DNA of 41,112 nt from Candidatus Magasanikbacteria bacterium RIFCSPHIGHO2_01_FULL_33_34 (GTDB taxonomy: Bacteria; Patescibacteriota; Patescibacteriia; Magasanikbacterales; UBA922), in contig MFPS01000002.1 of assembly GCA_001782825.1 (NCBI GenBank), positions 1 through 41,112 of the forward strand. Direction: 5' to 3'. The translations under genes and the position numbers were made by a program. Every line of letters begins with the position of its first letter. The stretch's first letter is position 1. This document shows positions 19,281-28,615 of this stretch, piece after piece. The notes beneath the pieces are model-generated. The model had not been told where the DNA came from. It searched no databases and saw only the letters and a program-made list of their open reading frames with translations.

Positions 19281-21041
19281 CTACTTATTATTACTATCAA
19301 TTTTTATATGTAATTCTTTCAATTGTTTATCATCAACTACAGACGGGCTTCCCATCATCGGTTCTTCTGCTTTTTGATTCTTTGGAAATGGTACTACATT
19401 GCGTATATTATCCTCATTTGTAAGTAACATCACTAAACGCTCAATACCCGGAGCAAAACCACAATGGGGTGGAGCGCCAAATTCAAACGCTCTTATCATA
19501 TGTCCAAATTTAGCATCAACCGCTTTTTTGTCATATCCAGCTACCGCAAATGCTCTATACATTATCTCAGGATCTTTATTGCGCACCGCACCCGAAGAAA
19601 TTTCAAGCCCATTGGCAATAATATCATATTGATCAGCTAATATATTCAAAGGATTTTCATCATTCAAAGCTTCTAAACCACCCATTGGCATAGAAAAAGG
19701 ATTGTGCCCAAAATCAATCTTGCCTGATTCTTCATTCAATTCATACATTGGAAAATCTACCACCCATGCCCAGGCAACCAAATTAGGATCAGACAAATTA
19801 AGCTTCTTTGCAACCAAAGTACGAACAGCGCCAAGGGCTGTACAAGAAATTTTCCAATTGTCTGCAGAAAAAAATACAATACTTCCCTCTTCTGCTTTTA
19901 CAAGATCACGAAGCGATAATAATTCTTGTTCTGAAAAAAACTTTGCAATCGATCCCTCAAATTTACCTTCAACATATTTCATCCAAGCAAGACCTTTAGC
20001 ATGAGCACGTTTTGCCACATCAGTAAATTCTTCATCAATTTCTTTTCGTGTAAATTTGGCCCCACCTGGCACAACCAAAGCTCGGACAAATTCAGCTTCT
20101 GCAAAAACTTTAAATCCAGTTTGTTTGGCCCACTCTGCTACATCTACCATTTTCAAATCATACCTCAAATCAGGTCTGTCCCCACCATAAGTTTCCATTA
20201 CTTCCTTATATGGAATTCTTGGAAAAGGACTTTCTTTTACTTGCTTACCAGCAAACTTGGTCAATTCAATAAATAATGGCTCCATCAATTGAAAAAATTC
20301 ATCTGATGTCATAAAACTAGTTTCAACATCAAGTTGATAAAATTCACCCGGACTTCTATCAGCCCGAGGATCTTCATCACGCATACAAGGTGCGATTTGA
20401 TAATATCTATCCATTCCACCAACCATCAAAAGCTGTTTATATTGTTGTGGAGCTTGAGGAAGCGCATAAAACTTTCCAGGATGCAATCTACTTGGCACAA
20501 GAAAATCACGCGCTCCTTCTGGTGAAGACACTGTCAAAACTGGTGTTGCCAATTCAATAAAACCATTATTATCCATATAATCACGAATAACTTTCAACAT
20601 CTTTGCCCTAAAAATCAAAGTATTTTTTAATTTTTCACGACGAATTTCCAAAAATCTATACTTCAAACGAAGGTCCTCATCTTCCTCTGCCTTGCGCGCA
20701 TCAAAAATTTCAAATGGCATTGCTTTGGCTTTGCTCAATACTTCAACTTCACTCACCAACAACTCAATCTCACCAGTAGACAGTTCTTTATTAATTGATT
20801 TTTTGTCTCGCTTTACAACTGCACCTTTTACTTTAATAATATATTCGTACTTCAAACCCTCAGCCACAGAAAAATCAGCCACCTTATCAGGGTGGAATAC
20901 CACTTGAGTAATACCATATCTATCTCGCAAATCAACAAAAATAACCCCACCTAAATCACGGCGCTTATGAACCCAACCAGATAATACTACTTCTCCCTTA
21001 CTTTTTGCAGATAATTCTCCACATGTGTGTGTTCTATACAT
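19281..21041 (-). CDS. aspS: Aspartate--tRNA ligase (probably discriminating type)
   Basis: MYRTHTCGEL, RRDLGG, PEGARDFLVPSR, ALPQAPQ, GAPPHCG; Leu in RRDL and Lys in KRDKK match discriminating AspRS, consistent with the adjacent asnS. Confidence 0.96.
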   Translation of the reverse strand: MYRTHTCGELSAKSKGEVVLSGWVHKRRDLGGVIFVDLRDRYGITQVVFHPDKVADFSVAEGLKYEYIIKVKGAVVKRDKKSINKELSTGEIELLVSEVEVLSKAKAMPFEIFDARKAEEDEDLRLKYRFLEIRREKLKNTLIFRAKMLKVIRDYMDNNGFIELATPVLTVSSPEGARDFLVPSRLHPGKFYALPQAPQQYKQLLMVGGMDRYYQIAPCMRDEDPRADRSPGEFYQLDVETSFMTSDEFFQLMEPLFIELTKFAGKQVKESPFPRIPYKEVMETYGGDRPDLRYDLKMVDVAEWAKQTGFKVFAEAEFVRALVVPGGAKFTRKEIDEEFTDVAKRAHAKGLAWMKYVEGKFEGSIAKFFSEQELLSLRDLVKAEEGSIVFFSADNWKISCTALGAVRTLVAKKLNLSDPNLVAWAWVVDFPMYELNEESGKIDFGHNPFSMPMGGLEALNDENPLNILADQYDIIANGLEISSGAVRNKDPEIMYRAFAVAGYDKKAVDAKFGHMIRAFEFGAPPHCGFAPGIERLVMLLTNEDNIRNVVPFPKNQKAEEPMMGSPSVVDDKQLKELHIKIDSNNK

Positions 21042-21124
21042 AATTTAAAAAATAAAACCATTAAGCCATTTCAAGCCCTTATAGGAATTATTTTAACATA
21101 AAAGTTAGGTCTTGACAACACACC

Positions 21125-21155
21125 AAAAACCACCACAATATACTGTGATGGTTTT
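21125..21155 (-). terminator. Terminator hairpin after asnS
   Basis: AAAACCACCACA-ATATAC-TGTGATGGTTTT. Confidence 0.6.
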
Positions 21156-21164
21156 AAAATTTAA

Positions 21165-21205
21165 AAATGTTTATATGTTTAAATGTTTGAATGTTTATAT
21201 GTTTA
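21165..21205 (-). repeat. Five 8-nt-period repeats (TAAACATW-like on the mRNA) starting at the asnS stop codon
   Basis: AAATGTTT ATATGTTT AAATGTTT GAATGTTT ATATGTTT A on +. Confidence 0.85.
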
Positions 21206-22492
21206 CGGTCTTACTCTGTTAATCATCCGAGGAAATGGAATAGTCTCACGAATATGATGTACCCCACAAATCCAACCAACCATACGCTCCAATCCTAGAC
21301 CAAAACCAGAGTGTGGTACTGATCCATATTTTCGCAAATCCAAATACCATTGATATTCTGGTCCTGAAAGCCCTTCTTTTTGAATTTCAGCTTTTAATAC
21401 TTCATAATCATCTTCACGCTGTGAACCACCAATCAGCTCTCCTGCGCCTTCAATTCCTATCAAATCATTATTTAATACAATCTCTGGATCAGTCGGGTCA
21501 ACCTTCATATAAAATGGCTTAATCGTTTTTGGCCACTTGTGAATAAATACTGGTACTGGTGAATCCTGTGTCAACATTCCTTCGTCATCATTACCCAAAT
21601 CCTCACCAAATTTAATATCAGATCCCAAATGATTCAACTTTTCAATCGCTTCTTTATAAGTTAACCGAGCAAATGGAAGTGTAAGCATTCTCTCAATCGG
21701 CGCAATATCCCGTTCTAATATTACTAACTCTTCTTTTACATTTTCTAAACATCTTCGTGCAATAAATTTAACCATTGCTTCTTGAATATCCATATTTTCA
21801 TCATGTTCTACATAAGCTGCTTCAGCATCCATCATCCAAAATTCTGTTAAATGTCTTTTTGTTTTACTTTTCTCAGCCCGAAATGTCGGACCAAAATCAA
21901 ATCCACGCCCAACCGACATAATAGCAGCTTCCAAATATAATTGACCTGATTGAGACAAAAATACCTCGCCCTCATCAAAATATTCAATTCCAAATAATGT
22001 AGTTGAACCTTCACAAGCATTTGGGGTTATAATCGGTGTATCAATTTTTACAAAATCTTGCTCATGAAAATAATCATAAATAGCCTGAATCACCTCATCA
22101 CGCACTCTCTGAATTGCCCACTGCTTTTTACTGCGAAGCCAAAGATGACGATTATCCAACAAAAAATCTGGTCCATGCTCTTTTTTGGTAATTGGGTATT
22201 CTTCAGCAATCTGAACAATCTCTACTTTTGAAACTTGCAACTCAAATACACCTTCCTGTTTTGGATGTTTACTAATACTACCAACAACTACCAATGAAGA
22301 TTCTTGAGTCAATTTTTCTACATTATTCCATACCTCTTCGCTCACCCCTGACTTTACTACTACAGCCTGAACAAAACCACTTCCGTCCCGTAGCTCCAAA
22401 AAAGCTATTGAACCAGATGATCGCTTGTTATACAACCAACCCTTAATCTCTACCTCTTGATTAACATATTGTGAAATATTTTTTATAAGCAT
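21203..22492 (-). CDS. asnS: Asparagine--tRNA ligase
   Basis: [58 protein letters not shown]. Confidence 0.96.
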   Translation of the reverse strand: MLIKNISQYVNQEVEIKGWLYNKRSSGSIAFLELRDGSGFVQAVVVKSGVSEEVWNNVEKLTQESSLVVVGSISKHPKQEGVFELQVSKVEIVQIAEEYPITKKEHGPDFLLDNRHLWLRSKKQWAIQRVRDEVIQAIYDYFHEQDFVKIDTPIITPNACEGSTTLFGIEYFDEGEVFLSQSGQLYLEAAIMSVGRGFDFGPTFRAEKSKTKRHLTEFWMMDAEAAYVEHDENMDIQEAMVKFIARRCLENVKEELVILERDIAPIERMLTLPFARLTYKEAIEKLNHLGSDIKFGEDLGNDDEGMLTQDSPVPVFIHKWPKTIKPFYMKVDPTDPEIVLNNDLIGIEGAGELIGGSQREDDYEVLKAEIQKEGLSGPEYQWYLDLRKYGSVPHSGFGLGLERMVGWICGVHHIRETIPFPRMINRVRP

Positions 22493-22662
22493 ATAAACAT
22501 TTTAACATAAAAACATCTAAACATTACCACTTTTTTATACTTTTAACAAGTAGATAATTAAAGATAAAATCATACACAAAAAAATAACATAAATGCTCGT
22601 ATTTAACTATTTTTTAATAACAAGTATATTTGTATATTTAAATGTCTATATGTTTAAATGTA
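22485..22662. repeat. 8-nt-period inverted-repeat cassette spanning the recO stop to the asnS start
   Basis: Left arm ATAAGCAT ATAAACAT TTTAACAT AAAAACAT CTAAACAT (includes the asnS ATG); right arm ATATTTGT ATATTTAA ATGTCTAT ATGTTTAA ATG (includes the recO stop). Confidence 0.75.
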
Positions 22663-23413
22663 ATTCCCAATCTTCAATCTTCTTCTCACTATGAAACAAG
22701 ACAAATTCATAAATTAACTTATGAAGTTTTTTTTGTTCAACTTCCTCCATAGAAAAATCCTGTATTAGTCTCCAGTCATTTTTAAGCAATGCCTGTAAAT
22801 TTGATACTTCTCTCAAACCACAATCAACAATCTGTTCTCCTATGTGTTTTTTTTCTTCACGACACAAAGGACAAATTATTCCTCCACCAGCAAAATAAAA
22901 ACCAAGTTTTTTATTATTTAACAAATTATCTTTTGCCATTTCTTTATATGTTTTTTCACATATAACACAATAATCAAGTATCGGATAAAAACCAAGCACA
23001 GAAAATAAGTTTATTATGAAAGCATCAGTCAATATATTATTAAATTTATCACTTTTATCAACAAACTTAAGCCAACTTAAAAATAATTCAAATATTCTAC
23101 TATCTACTTCTTCAACTTCAGTCATCTGATCCAAAAAAGAACACAAAAATCCCGCATCCATACTCTTGTCAAAATTTTGTCTAATTTTAGCAAAAAAATT
23201 AATAGGAATTACTTTTGTCAAGTGCGCCACTCCTTTACCTTCTGCTATTTCAATTTGAACGTAAGAAAAAGGCTCCAAATGAGCCGAATTTTTACTTTGT
23301 ATTTTCTTGACACCACGTGCAAATAATTCAACCTTTCCAGACTCTTTGGTATAAAAAGTTATATGTTGATCAAATTCTTTAAAATTTCTACGTGCTAATA
23401 CTATTGCTTCCAT
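22646..23413 (-). CDS. recO: DNA repair protein RecO
   Basis: EAIVLARRNFKEFD..FYTKESGKV..ARGVKK..LEPF; Zn motifs CVIC and CPLC. Confidence 0.9.
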   Translation of the reverse strand: MEAIVLARRNFKEFDQHITFYTKESGKVELFARGVKKIQSKNSAHLEPFSYVQIEIAEGKGVAHLTKVIPINFFAKIRQNFDKSMDAGFLCSFLDQMTEVEEVDSRIFELFLSWLKFVDKSDKFNNILTDAFIINLFSVLGFYPILDYCVICEKTYKEMAKDNLLNNKKLGFYFAGGGIICPLCREEKKHIGEQIVDCGLREVSNLQALLKNDWRLIQDFSMEEVEQKKLHKLIYEFVLFHSEKKIEDWELHLNI

Positions 23414-23424
23414 ATTATATTAAA

Positions 23425-23530
23425 AATAAATCTAATAGGAATTATTATGAGCGGATTTGGTTGCCACAACAGGCAACCACCTCGGAGCCACAGCGAGAAT
23501 GAGCGAATGATAATTCCTATTAGATTTATT
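23425..23530 (+). repeat. Structured intergenic element, copy 3 (24-bp arms with one G-T pair, 58-nt core)
   Basis: AATAAATCTAATAGGAATTATTAT / ATGATAATTCCTATTAGATTTATT enclosing GAGCGGATTTGGTTGCCACAACAGGCAACCACCTCGGAGCCACAGCGAGAATGAGCGA; right arm overlaps the ruvX stop. Confidence 0.9.
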
Positions 23531-23888
23531 GTTTATCCAAATAAGTCTGCATAATCACCATCGCTGATTTCTCGTCGCGACTAACGTCACCACCCATACT
23601 ATCAGCTTGACGAGAACTAAATCTCTCATCAACAAACTCCAATGGTAAATTAGTTCTCTTTTTTAATTCTTCTGCAAATTCATTCACTCGCCTAGTATTA
23701 TCATTTTCTTTTGAATCCAATCCTAGTGGCATACCAAGCACAAGCTTGTCTATCCCTTCTTTATTTATAAGAGTAACCAATTCATCAATATTATTGACAA
23801 TACCATAAGGTAATACAACATCAAGCCCAACTTGAACCCAAGCTAATCCAATTCTTTTTTTACCATAATCAATACCTAACAAGTTCAT
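23526..23888 (-). CDS. ruvX: Pre-16S rRNA nuclease YqgF / RuvX
   Basis: LGIDYGKKRIGLA, LVLGMP, VDERFSS, SAMVIMQTYL. Confidence 0.92.
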   Translation of the reverse strand: MNLLGIDYGKKRIGLAWVQVGLDVVLPYGIVNNIDELVTLINKEGIDKLVLGMPLGLDSKENDNTRRVNEFAEELKKRTNLPLEFVDERFSSRQADSMGGDVSRDEKSAMVIMQTYLDKQ

Positions 23889-24040
23889 AGTGAATAGTTC
23901 ATAGCCAATAGGATTTATTTAAAGTTTATATACACTACCCGAATGACTTTTGTTAATATAATTTAATTTTTTATAAATAATTATCTGTGCTTCCAACTTG
24001 CAAAACTAACTATTAGCTCTTGGCTATCAATTATGAACTA
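23882..24040. repeat. 7-nt-period inverted-repeat cassette A (map-ruvX)
   Basis: AGTTCAT AGTGAAT AGTTCAT AGCCAAT AG ... CTATTAG CTCTTGG CTATCAA TTATGAA CTA; arms contain the ruvX ATG and the map TAA. Confidence 0.8.
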
Positions 24041-24825
24041 ATCTCATTTGGCCTTCTAGTAGCTACGACTGGACCATCTTTTGTAATGATAATTGTATGC
24101 TCAAAATGAGCATTCAAACTATGGTCCTGAGTAGATATACTCCAGCCGTCCGCGGCTGTGTCTACTGCATAATCTCCAATAGTTATCATTGGTTCAATAG
24201 CAATCACCACCCCTGGCTCCAAAATCCATGACTCCAAATTCTTGTCATAATAATTTGGAACTCGTGGTTCTTCATGCACAGCATGACCAACGCCATGACC
24301 CACTAGATCACGCACCACACCATACCCCAAAGGCTCTATATAGCTCTGTATAGCCTTACCAATACTTGCAATAGTATTCCCCACCTGACACTGCGCAATG
24401 CCAATTTCTAGAGATTTTTGAGTTTCTGCAAGCAATTTCTTGGTTACTTCATCAATATTACCAACTGGTATAGTGAGAGCTGTATCTGTAAAATATCCAC
24501 CATCTGCTGGGTATCGCATACCAATATCAATACTAAAAATGTCCCCATCCTTGAGAACTTTTTCTTTGGTAGCAATACCATGAACTAATTCATCATTTAT
24601 TGAAGCACAAATTGTAGAAGGAAATGGAGGGTCACTTGGACGAGATTTATACCCTTTGAAAGCTGGGATTCCACCCGCTGCAATAATCATTTTTTCTGCT
24701 TTCTGATCAACATCCCAAGCACTCATACCAACCACTACCATATTGGAAAGATCCTCTAATATCTTTCCCATTAGCTTTCCACCTTCTAAAATAAGCTCTA
24801 ATTCTCTATCTTTTTTAATATACAT
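24031..24825 (-). CDS. map: Methionine aminopeptidase type I
   Basis: CASINDELVHGI, SIDIG, DTA, GHGVG..HEEP, AIEPM, HFEHT. Confidence 0.96.
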   Translation of the reverse strand: MYIKKDRELELILEGGKLMGKILEDLSNMVVVGMSAWDVDQKAEKMIIAAGGIPAFKGYKSRPSDPPFPSTICASINDELVHGIATKEKVLKDGDIFSIDIGMRYPADGGYFTDTALTIPVGNIDEVTKKLLAETQKSLEIGIAQCQVGNTIASIGKAIQSYIEPLGYGVVRDLVGHGVGHAVHEEPRVPNYYDKNLESWILEPGVVIAIEPMITIGDYAVDTAADGWSISTQDHSLNAHFEHTIIITKDGPVVATRRPNEISS

Positions 24826-24826
24826 A

Positions 24827-25420
24827 TTATAATTGATCTAAAATTTCCATAATACTTTTACCAACCTCCTCAATTGATCTTTCACCACTTACTCTTTTTA
24901 ATAAACCAAGACTCTCATAAAAATATAAAATAGGCTTGATAGCTTCATTACCTTGCTCTTCAATTCTCTTTTTCATAATTTCCAACTGATCATCATCTCG
25001 CAAACCATTGGAAGTTTCTTTCCTATGTAAAAGTCTCTCTAAACTTAATTTGTCTGATATATTTACGTCAATAACAACAACATTATTTTCTACACCTTTT
25101 TCCTCAAAAAATCTCTGATACTTTTCTGCCTGTTCAACACTTCTTATGGCCCCATCCAATATAATCCCCTTATTTAACAAAAAGTACTTTTCCATCTCAC
25201 TAAAAACTAATCTATAAATTAGTTCATCATCTACTAATTTACCGTCCTTCATATCATCAAGCATCGCCAAATCATTAGGATCAGCATTTTTATCATCAGC
25301 CAATTTCCTCAACAAATTTCCTGTTGATATGTGGCCATAATTCAATTTTTTTGCCAATATTTCTGCCTGCGTACCTTTCCCACTCCCTGGTACTCCCATT
25401 AAAATAATTACTTTCGCCAT
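24827..25420 (-). CDS. adk: Adenylate kinase family (short LID)
   Basis: GVPGSGKGTQA, HISTGNLLR, LDGAIRSVEQA, LRDDD; likely start MAKVII at 25420. Confidence 0.85.
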   Translation of the reverse strand: MAKVIILMGVPGSGKGTQAEILAKKLNYGHISTGNLLRKLADDKNADPNDLAMLDDMKDGKLVDDELIYRLVFSEMEKYFLLNKGIILDGAIRSVEQAEKYQRFFEEKGVENNVVVIDVNISDKLSLERLLHRKETSNGLRDDDQLEIMKKRIEEQGNEAIKPILYFYESLGLLKRVSGERSIEEVGKSIMEILDQL

Positions 25421-25421
25421 A

Positions 25422-25712
25422 CTATTTATCAAATTTACTAAAATAATTTACAAAGGTGTTCATTAAAATTTTTTGATCATTTTCACTAATTTTATTTTTA
25501 TATTTGAGATTATATATAACTTTATATATATCACGCAAAGACAATTTACCATCTCCAGACCTATGACTTTCTAATTCAGAATAAACCAATTCTTCTTCAT
25601 CCTTAGTTAAAGATTCTACATTCAAATCTCTAAATATTTTTTTAAAATCTTCTAATGGAAATGGCTGTAATTTTTGTGAATACTTATTTGAAGGTGATGA
25701 AAATAAACCCAT
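25422..25712 (-). CDS. Hypothetical protein (96 aa, helical)
   Basis: ORF abuts adk; upstream promoter TTGCAA-17-TAATAT (25776-25748). Confidence 0.65.
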   Translation of the reverse strand: MGLFSSPSNKYSQKLQPFPLEDFKKIFRDLNVESLTKDEEELVYSELESHRSGDGKLSLRDIYKVIYNLKYKNKISENDQKILMNTFVNYFSKFDK

Positions 25713-25786
25713 ACTATATGGCTATATTATAGTTAATTAATAACAATATATTAACAAAGACTCGACTAATTTGCAAACCTTGTTAT

Positions 25787-25880
25787 ACAAACATCTAAAC
25801 ATATAAACATTTTTATAATAAATCCGCCTAATGGCGGATTTATTATGTTTAAATGCTTATATGTTTGTATGTTTAAATGC
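25787..25880. repeat. 8-nt-period inverted-repeat cassette enclosing a strong hairpin (probable terminator) after secY
   Basis: ACAAACAT CTAAACAT ATAAACAT - ATAATAAATCCGCC-TAAT-GGCGGATTTATTAT - GTTTAA ATGCTTAT ATGTTTGT ATGTTTAA ATGC. Confidence 0.85.
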
Positions 25881-25882
25881 AC

Positions 25883-27145
25883 TTATATCTTGTCGTATTC
25901 ATGAACTGTAACCTGAGCATCAATTTGTTTAGCAGAATCAATCGCCACACTCACAACTATCAACAGACTAGTACCACCAATAACTAATGCTTGTGAATTT
26001 GTAACCAATTGCATCAATAATGGCAATACAGCAACAGCTCCTAAAAATAAAGCGCCAATAAAAACAATTCTTGTCATTGTTTGTTGTAAATATTCTTCAG
26101 TTTGTTTTCCTGGGCGAATACCCGGTATAAAACCACCTTGTCTTTGTAAATTTTCAGCTATTTTTTCTGGATTGAAAATTACTGCAGTATAAAAATATGT
26201 AAAACCAAATACCAATGTAAAGTACATCACACCATAAAATAATTGATTTTGAAATAAATTTATTGTACCAATCGCCGCTCTTCCCAAAAAGCCTTCATTG
26301 CCTACAAAAAACTGAGCAATCATCGGTGGAAAAAGAATAATAGAAATAGCAAATATAATTGGGATAACCCCAGCCATATTCACACGCAATGGCAAATGAC
26401 TTTTAGCACCCTGCCCACCTCTGCCTTGTCTAGCATAACTAATAGGAATATTCCTTTGTCCTTCATTTATAATAACAATACCCACAACAGTTGCAATTGC
26501 AATCGCAACAAACAACAGATACGTTGATAAATCTGATGGATTGTAATTAACAGCCGCATTTCTAACAACGGTTGGAAGCGAAGCTACTATTGAAGAAAAA
26601 ATCAAAAGTGAAATTCCATTGCCTATCTTTTTCTCAGTAATCAATTCACCAATCCACATCAAGAATATAGTTCCAGCGGTTACAAACAACATCATGGTTA
26701 CCAGTCTAATTGAAGTCAAATCTCCAAAAATTCCTTGCTGTGAATTACTCAATAATTTCAAAAAACCATATGCTTGTAAAAATGCTAATGGCACTGTTGC
26801 TATTCTAGTATACATGTTTATTTTTTGTTGTCCTGATTCACCTTCTTTTGACATTTCTTCAAGCTTAGGCACAACCATTGTTAACAATTGAAAAATAATT
26901 GATGATGTAATATATGGAGCAATTCCTAACATTACCAAAGAAAAATTTTCAATAGTTCCGCCAGAAAATACATTCAACAAACCTAATATCTGATTACCAG
27001 CCAAAAAACTACTTAGAGCTTCTCTATCTACACCTGGCATTGGGATATGAGCTACCAAACGAAAAATAACTAGCATACCTAAAACAAAAAATATGCTATT
27101 TCTCAAACTTTTTATACCCCAGATTTTTTTAACTTTTTCCCACAT
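25883..27145 (-). CDS. secY: Preprotein translocase subunit SecY
   Basis: LGIAPYITSSII, GNGISLLIF, AGVIPIIFA, FIPGIRPG, GGTSLLIVV. Confidence 0.97.
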   Translation of the reverse strand: MWEKVKKIWGIKSLRNSIFFVLGMLVIFRLVAHIPMPGVDREALSSFLAGNQILGLLNVFSGGTIENFSLVMLGIAPYITSSIIFQLLTMVVPKLEEMSKEGESGQQKINMYTRIATVPLAFLQAYGFLKLLSNSQQGIFGDLTSIRLVTMMLFVTAGTIFLMWIGELITEKKIGNGISLLIFSSIVASLPTVVRNAAVNYNPSDLSTYLLFVAIAIATVVGIVIINEGQRNIPISYARQGRGGQGAKSHLPLRVNMAGVIPIIFAISIILFPPMIAQFFVGNEGFLGRAAIGTINLFQNQLFYGVMYFTLVFGFTYFYTAVIFNPEKIAENLQRQGGFIPGIRPGKQTEEYLQQTMTRIVFIGALFLGAVAVLPLLMQLVTNSQALVIGGTSLLIVVSVAIDSAKQIDAQVTVHEYDKI

Positions 27146-27162
27146 ACCTTAATAATTGCAAT

Positions 27163-27606
27163 TTAAAATTCTAATTTTCCGCCTGCTTTTTCTATAGCTA
27201 CCACTGCCATTTTACTAGCAAAGCATCCTTTTAGAGTAATTTTTTTCTTTAATTCACCTGTAGCAATAACTTTTACACCAAATTGTGGTTTATCAATAAC
27301 CCCCATTTTTTTTAAATATTTTGGAGTTACCACATCGCCATCTTTTGCAACTCTTTCCAAAACTGACAAAGTTATAGTCTGTTTTTTTGGTTTCAAACTA
27401 TTAAAACCACGTATTTTAGGTACTTTTTGAAGTGATCTTTTAAAACCTTTTAGGGCAAGACCGCCTTTGCCACCGGAACGAGCTTTTTGACCTTTCATTC
27501 CGCGACCAGCAGTTGTACCTTTTTGACTTGCATTACCACGACCAACTCTCTTTTTTCGTTTGTGAGAACCTGGTGTAGCTTTAATTGTATGTAAAATTGT
27601 AGCCAT
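27163..27606 (-). CDS. rplO: 50S ribosomal protein L15
   Basis: RVGRG..GTTAGRGMKGQKARSG; operon position. Confidence 0.95.
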   Translation of the reverse strand: MATILHTIKATPGSHKRKKRVGRGNASQKGTTAGRGMKGQKARSGGKGGLALKGFKRSLQKVPKIRGFNSLKPKKQTITLSVLERVAKDGDVVTPKYLKKMGVIDKPQFGVKVIATGELKKKITLKGCFASKMAVVAIEKAGGKLEF

Positions 27607-27629
27607 ATATATTACTTTATAGAGAATAC

Positions 27630-28199
27630 TTATTCACTCTTTGTTTTATCATCTTCTTTTTCTTCAACTATTTTTTTTACAGAATCAACTACTTCCTTTT
27701 TCATAGGCTCTTTTTTTACTTCTCTTTTCTGTCTTATTGGCTTAAACATTTGTAATGCTTCAAAAATAGCTTTAATATTTGTAATTTTATTATTTGTCTT
27801 ACTCATAATCTTTGCAGAAACATTTGGTACACCAGCTAGCTCCAACACAACTCGCACTGAACTTCCAGCAATAATACCAGAACCCAATGGAGCTGGTTTT
27901 AGCATAACTCTACCCGCTCCATACTTAGCTTCTACTCTATGAGGAATAGTATTTTTTGTAATTGGAACAGATATCATATTTTTCTTTGCTTGATTAACAG
28001 CTTTTTCAACTGCCAATTGCACATCTTTGCCTTTTTTTACACCATAACCAACTCTACCTTTTCTATTACCTACCACAACACAAGCACGAAAACTAAGTTG
28101 TTTTCCACCTTTTGTAACACGAGTAACACGAGCCAAATCAACAATCTGTTGGTCAAACTCTGGTTTTTCTTTTTTGAATTTTCCTTTGCCTTTTCGCAT
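27630..28199 (-). CDS. rpsE: 30S ribosomal protein S5
   Basis: RVTRVTKGG..SFRA.VVVGN, LKPAPLGSGIIAG. Confidence 0.96.
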   Translation of the reverse strand: MRKGKGKFKKEKPEFDQQIVDLARVTRVTKGGKQLSFRACVVVGNRKGRVGYGVKKGKDVQLAVEKAVNQAKKNMISVPITKNTIPHRVEAKYGAGRVMLKPAPLGSGIIAGSSVRVVLELAGVPNVSAKIMSKTNNKITNIKAIFEALQMFKPIRQKREVKKEPMKKEVVDSVKKIVEEKEDDKTKSE

Positions 28200-28228
28200 A
28201 ATATTTACAAGTAAAAATATTTAATTTT

Positions 28229-28597
28229 TTATAATATTAAACCAGCTTCACGCGCACCTTCTGCAACCGCCTTAATTCTACCATGATATCTATTTCCACC
28301 TCTATCAAACACTACTTTTGTTACTCCGGCTTCAATTGCTTTTTTACCAAGAGCAATACCTAATAAATAACCTTGAGCAACCTTACCTTTTCTATCCCCT
28401 GCATTACCCTTTTTGTCTATATCTTTTTTTACATTTGCACTGACAAGAGTCTTGCCAATTTCATCATTAATTACCTGCAAATATAATCCAGTTAATGTCT
28501 TGGTTACGTGCAATCTAGGTCTCTCTGTTGTACCAGAAATTTTTGCTCTGATTCTAGCTTTACGTCTATTTTTCATTGTTATTTTTGAATTCTTCAT
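28229..28597 (-). CDS. rplR: 50S ribosomal protein L18
   Basis: GTTERPRL, VVFDRGG.RYHGRIKA.AEGARE.GL. Confidence 0.96.
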   Translation of the reverse strand: MKNSKITMKNRRKARIRAKISGTTERPRLHVTKTLTGLYLQVINDEIGKTLVSANVKKDIDKKGNAGDRKGKVAQGYLLGIALGKKAIEAGVTKVVFDRGGNRYHGRIKAVAEGAREAGLIL

Positions 28598-28615
28598 AAA
28601 ATAGTATAAATTTTA

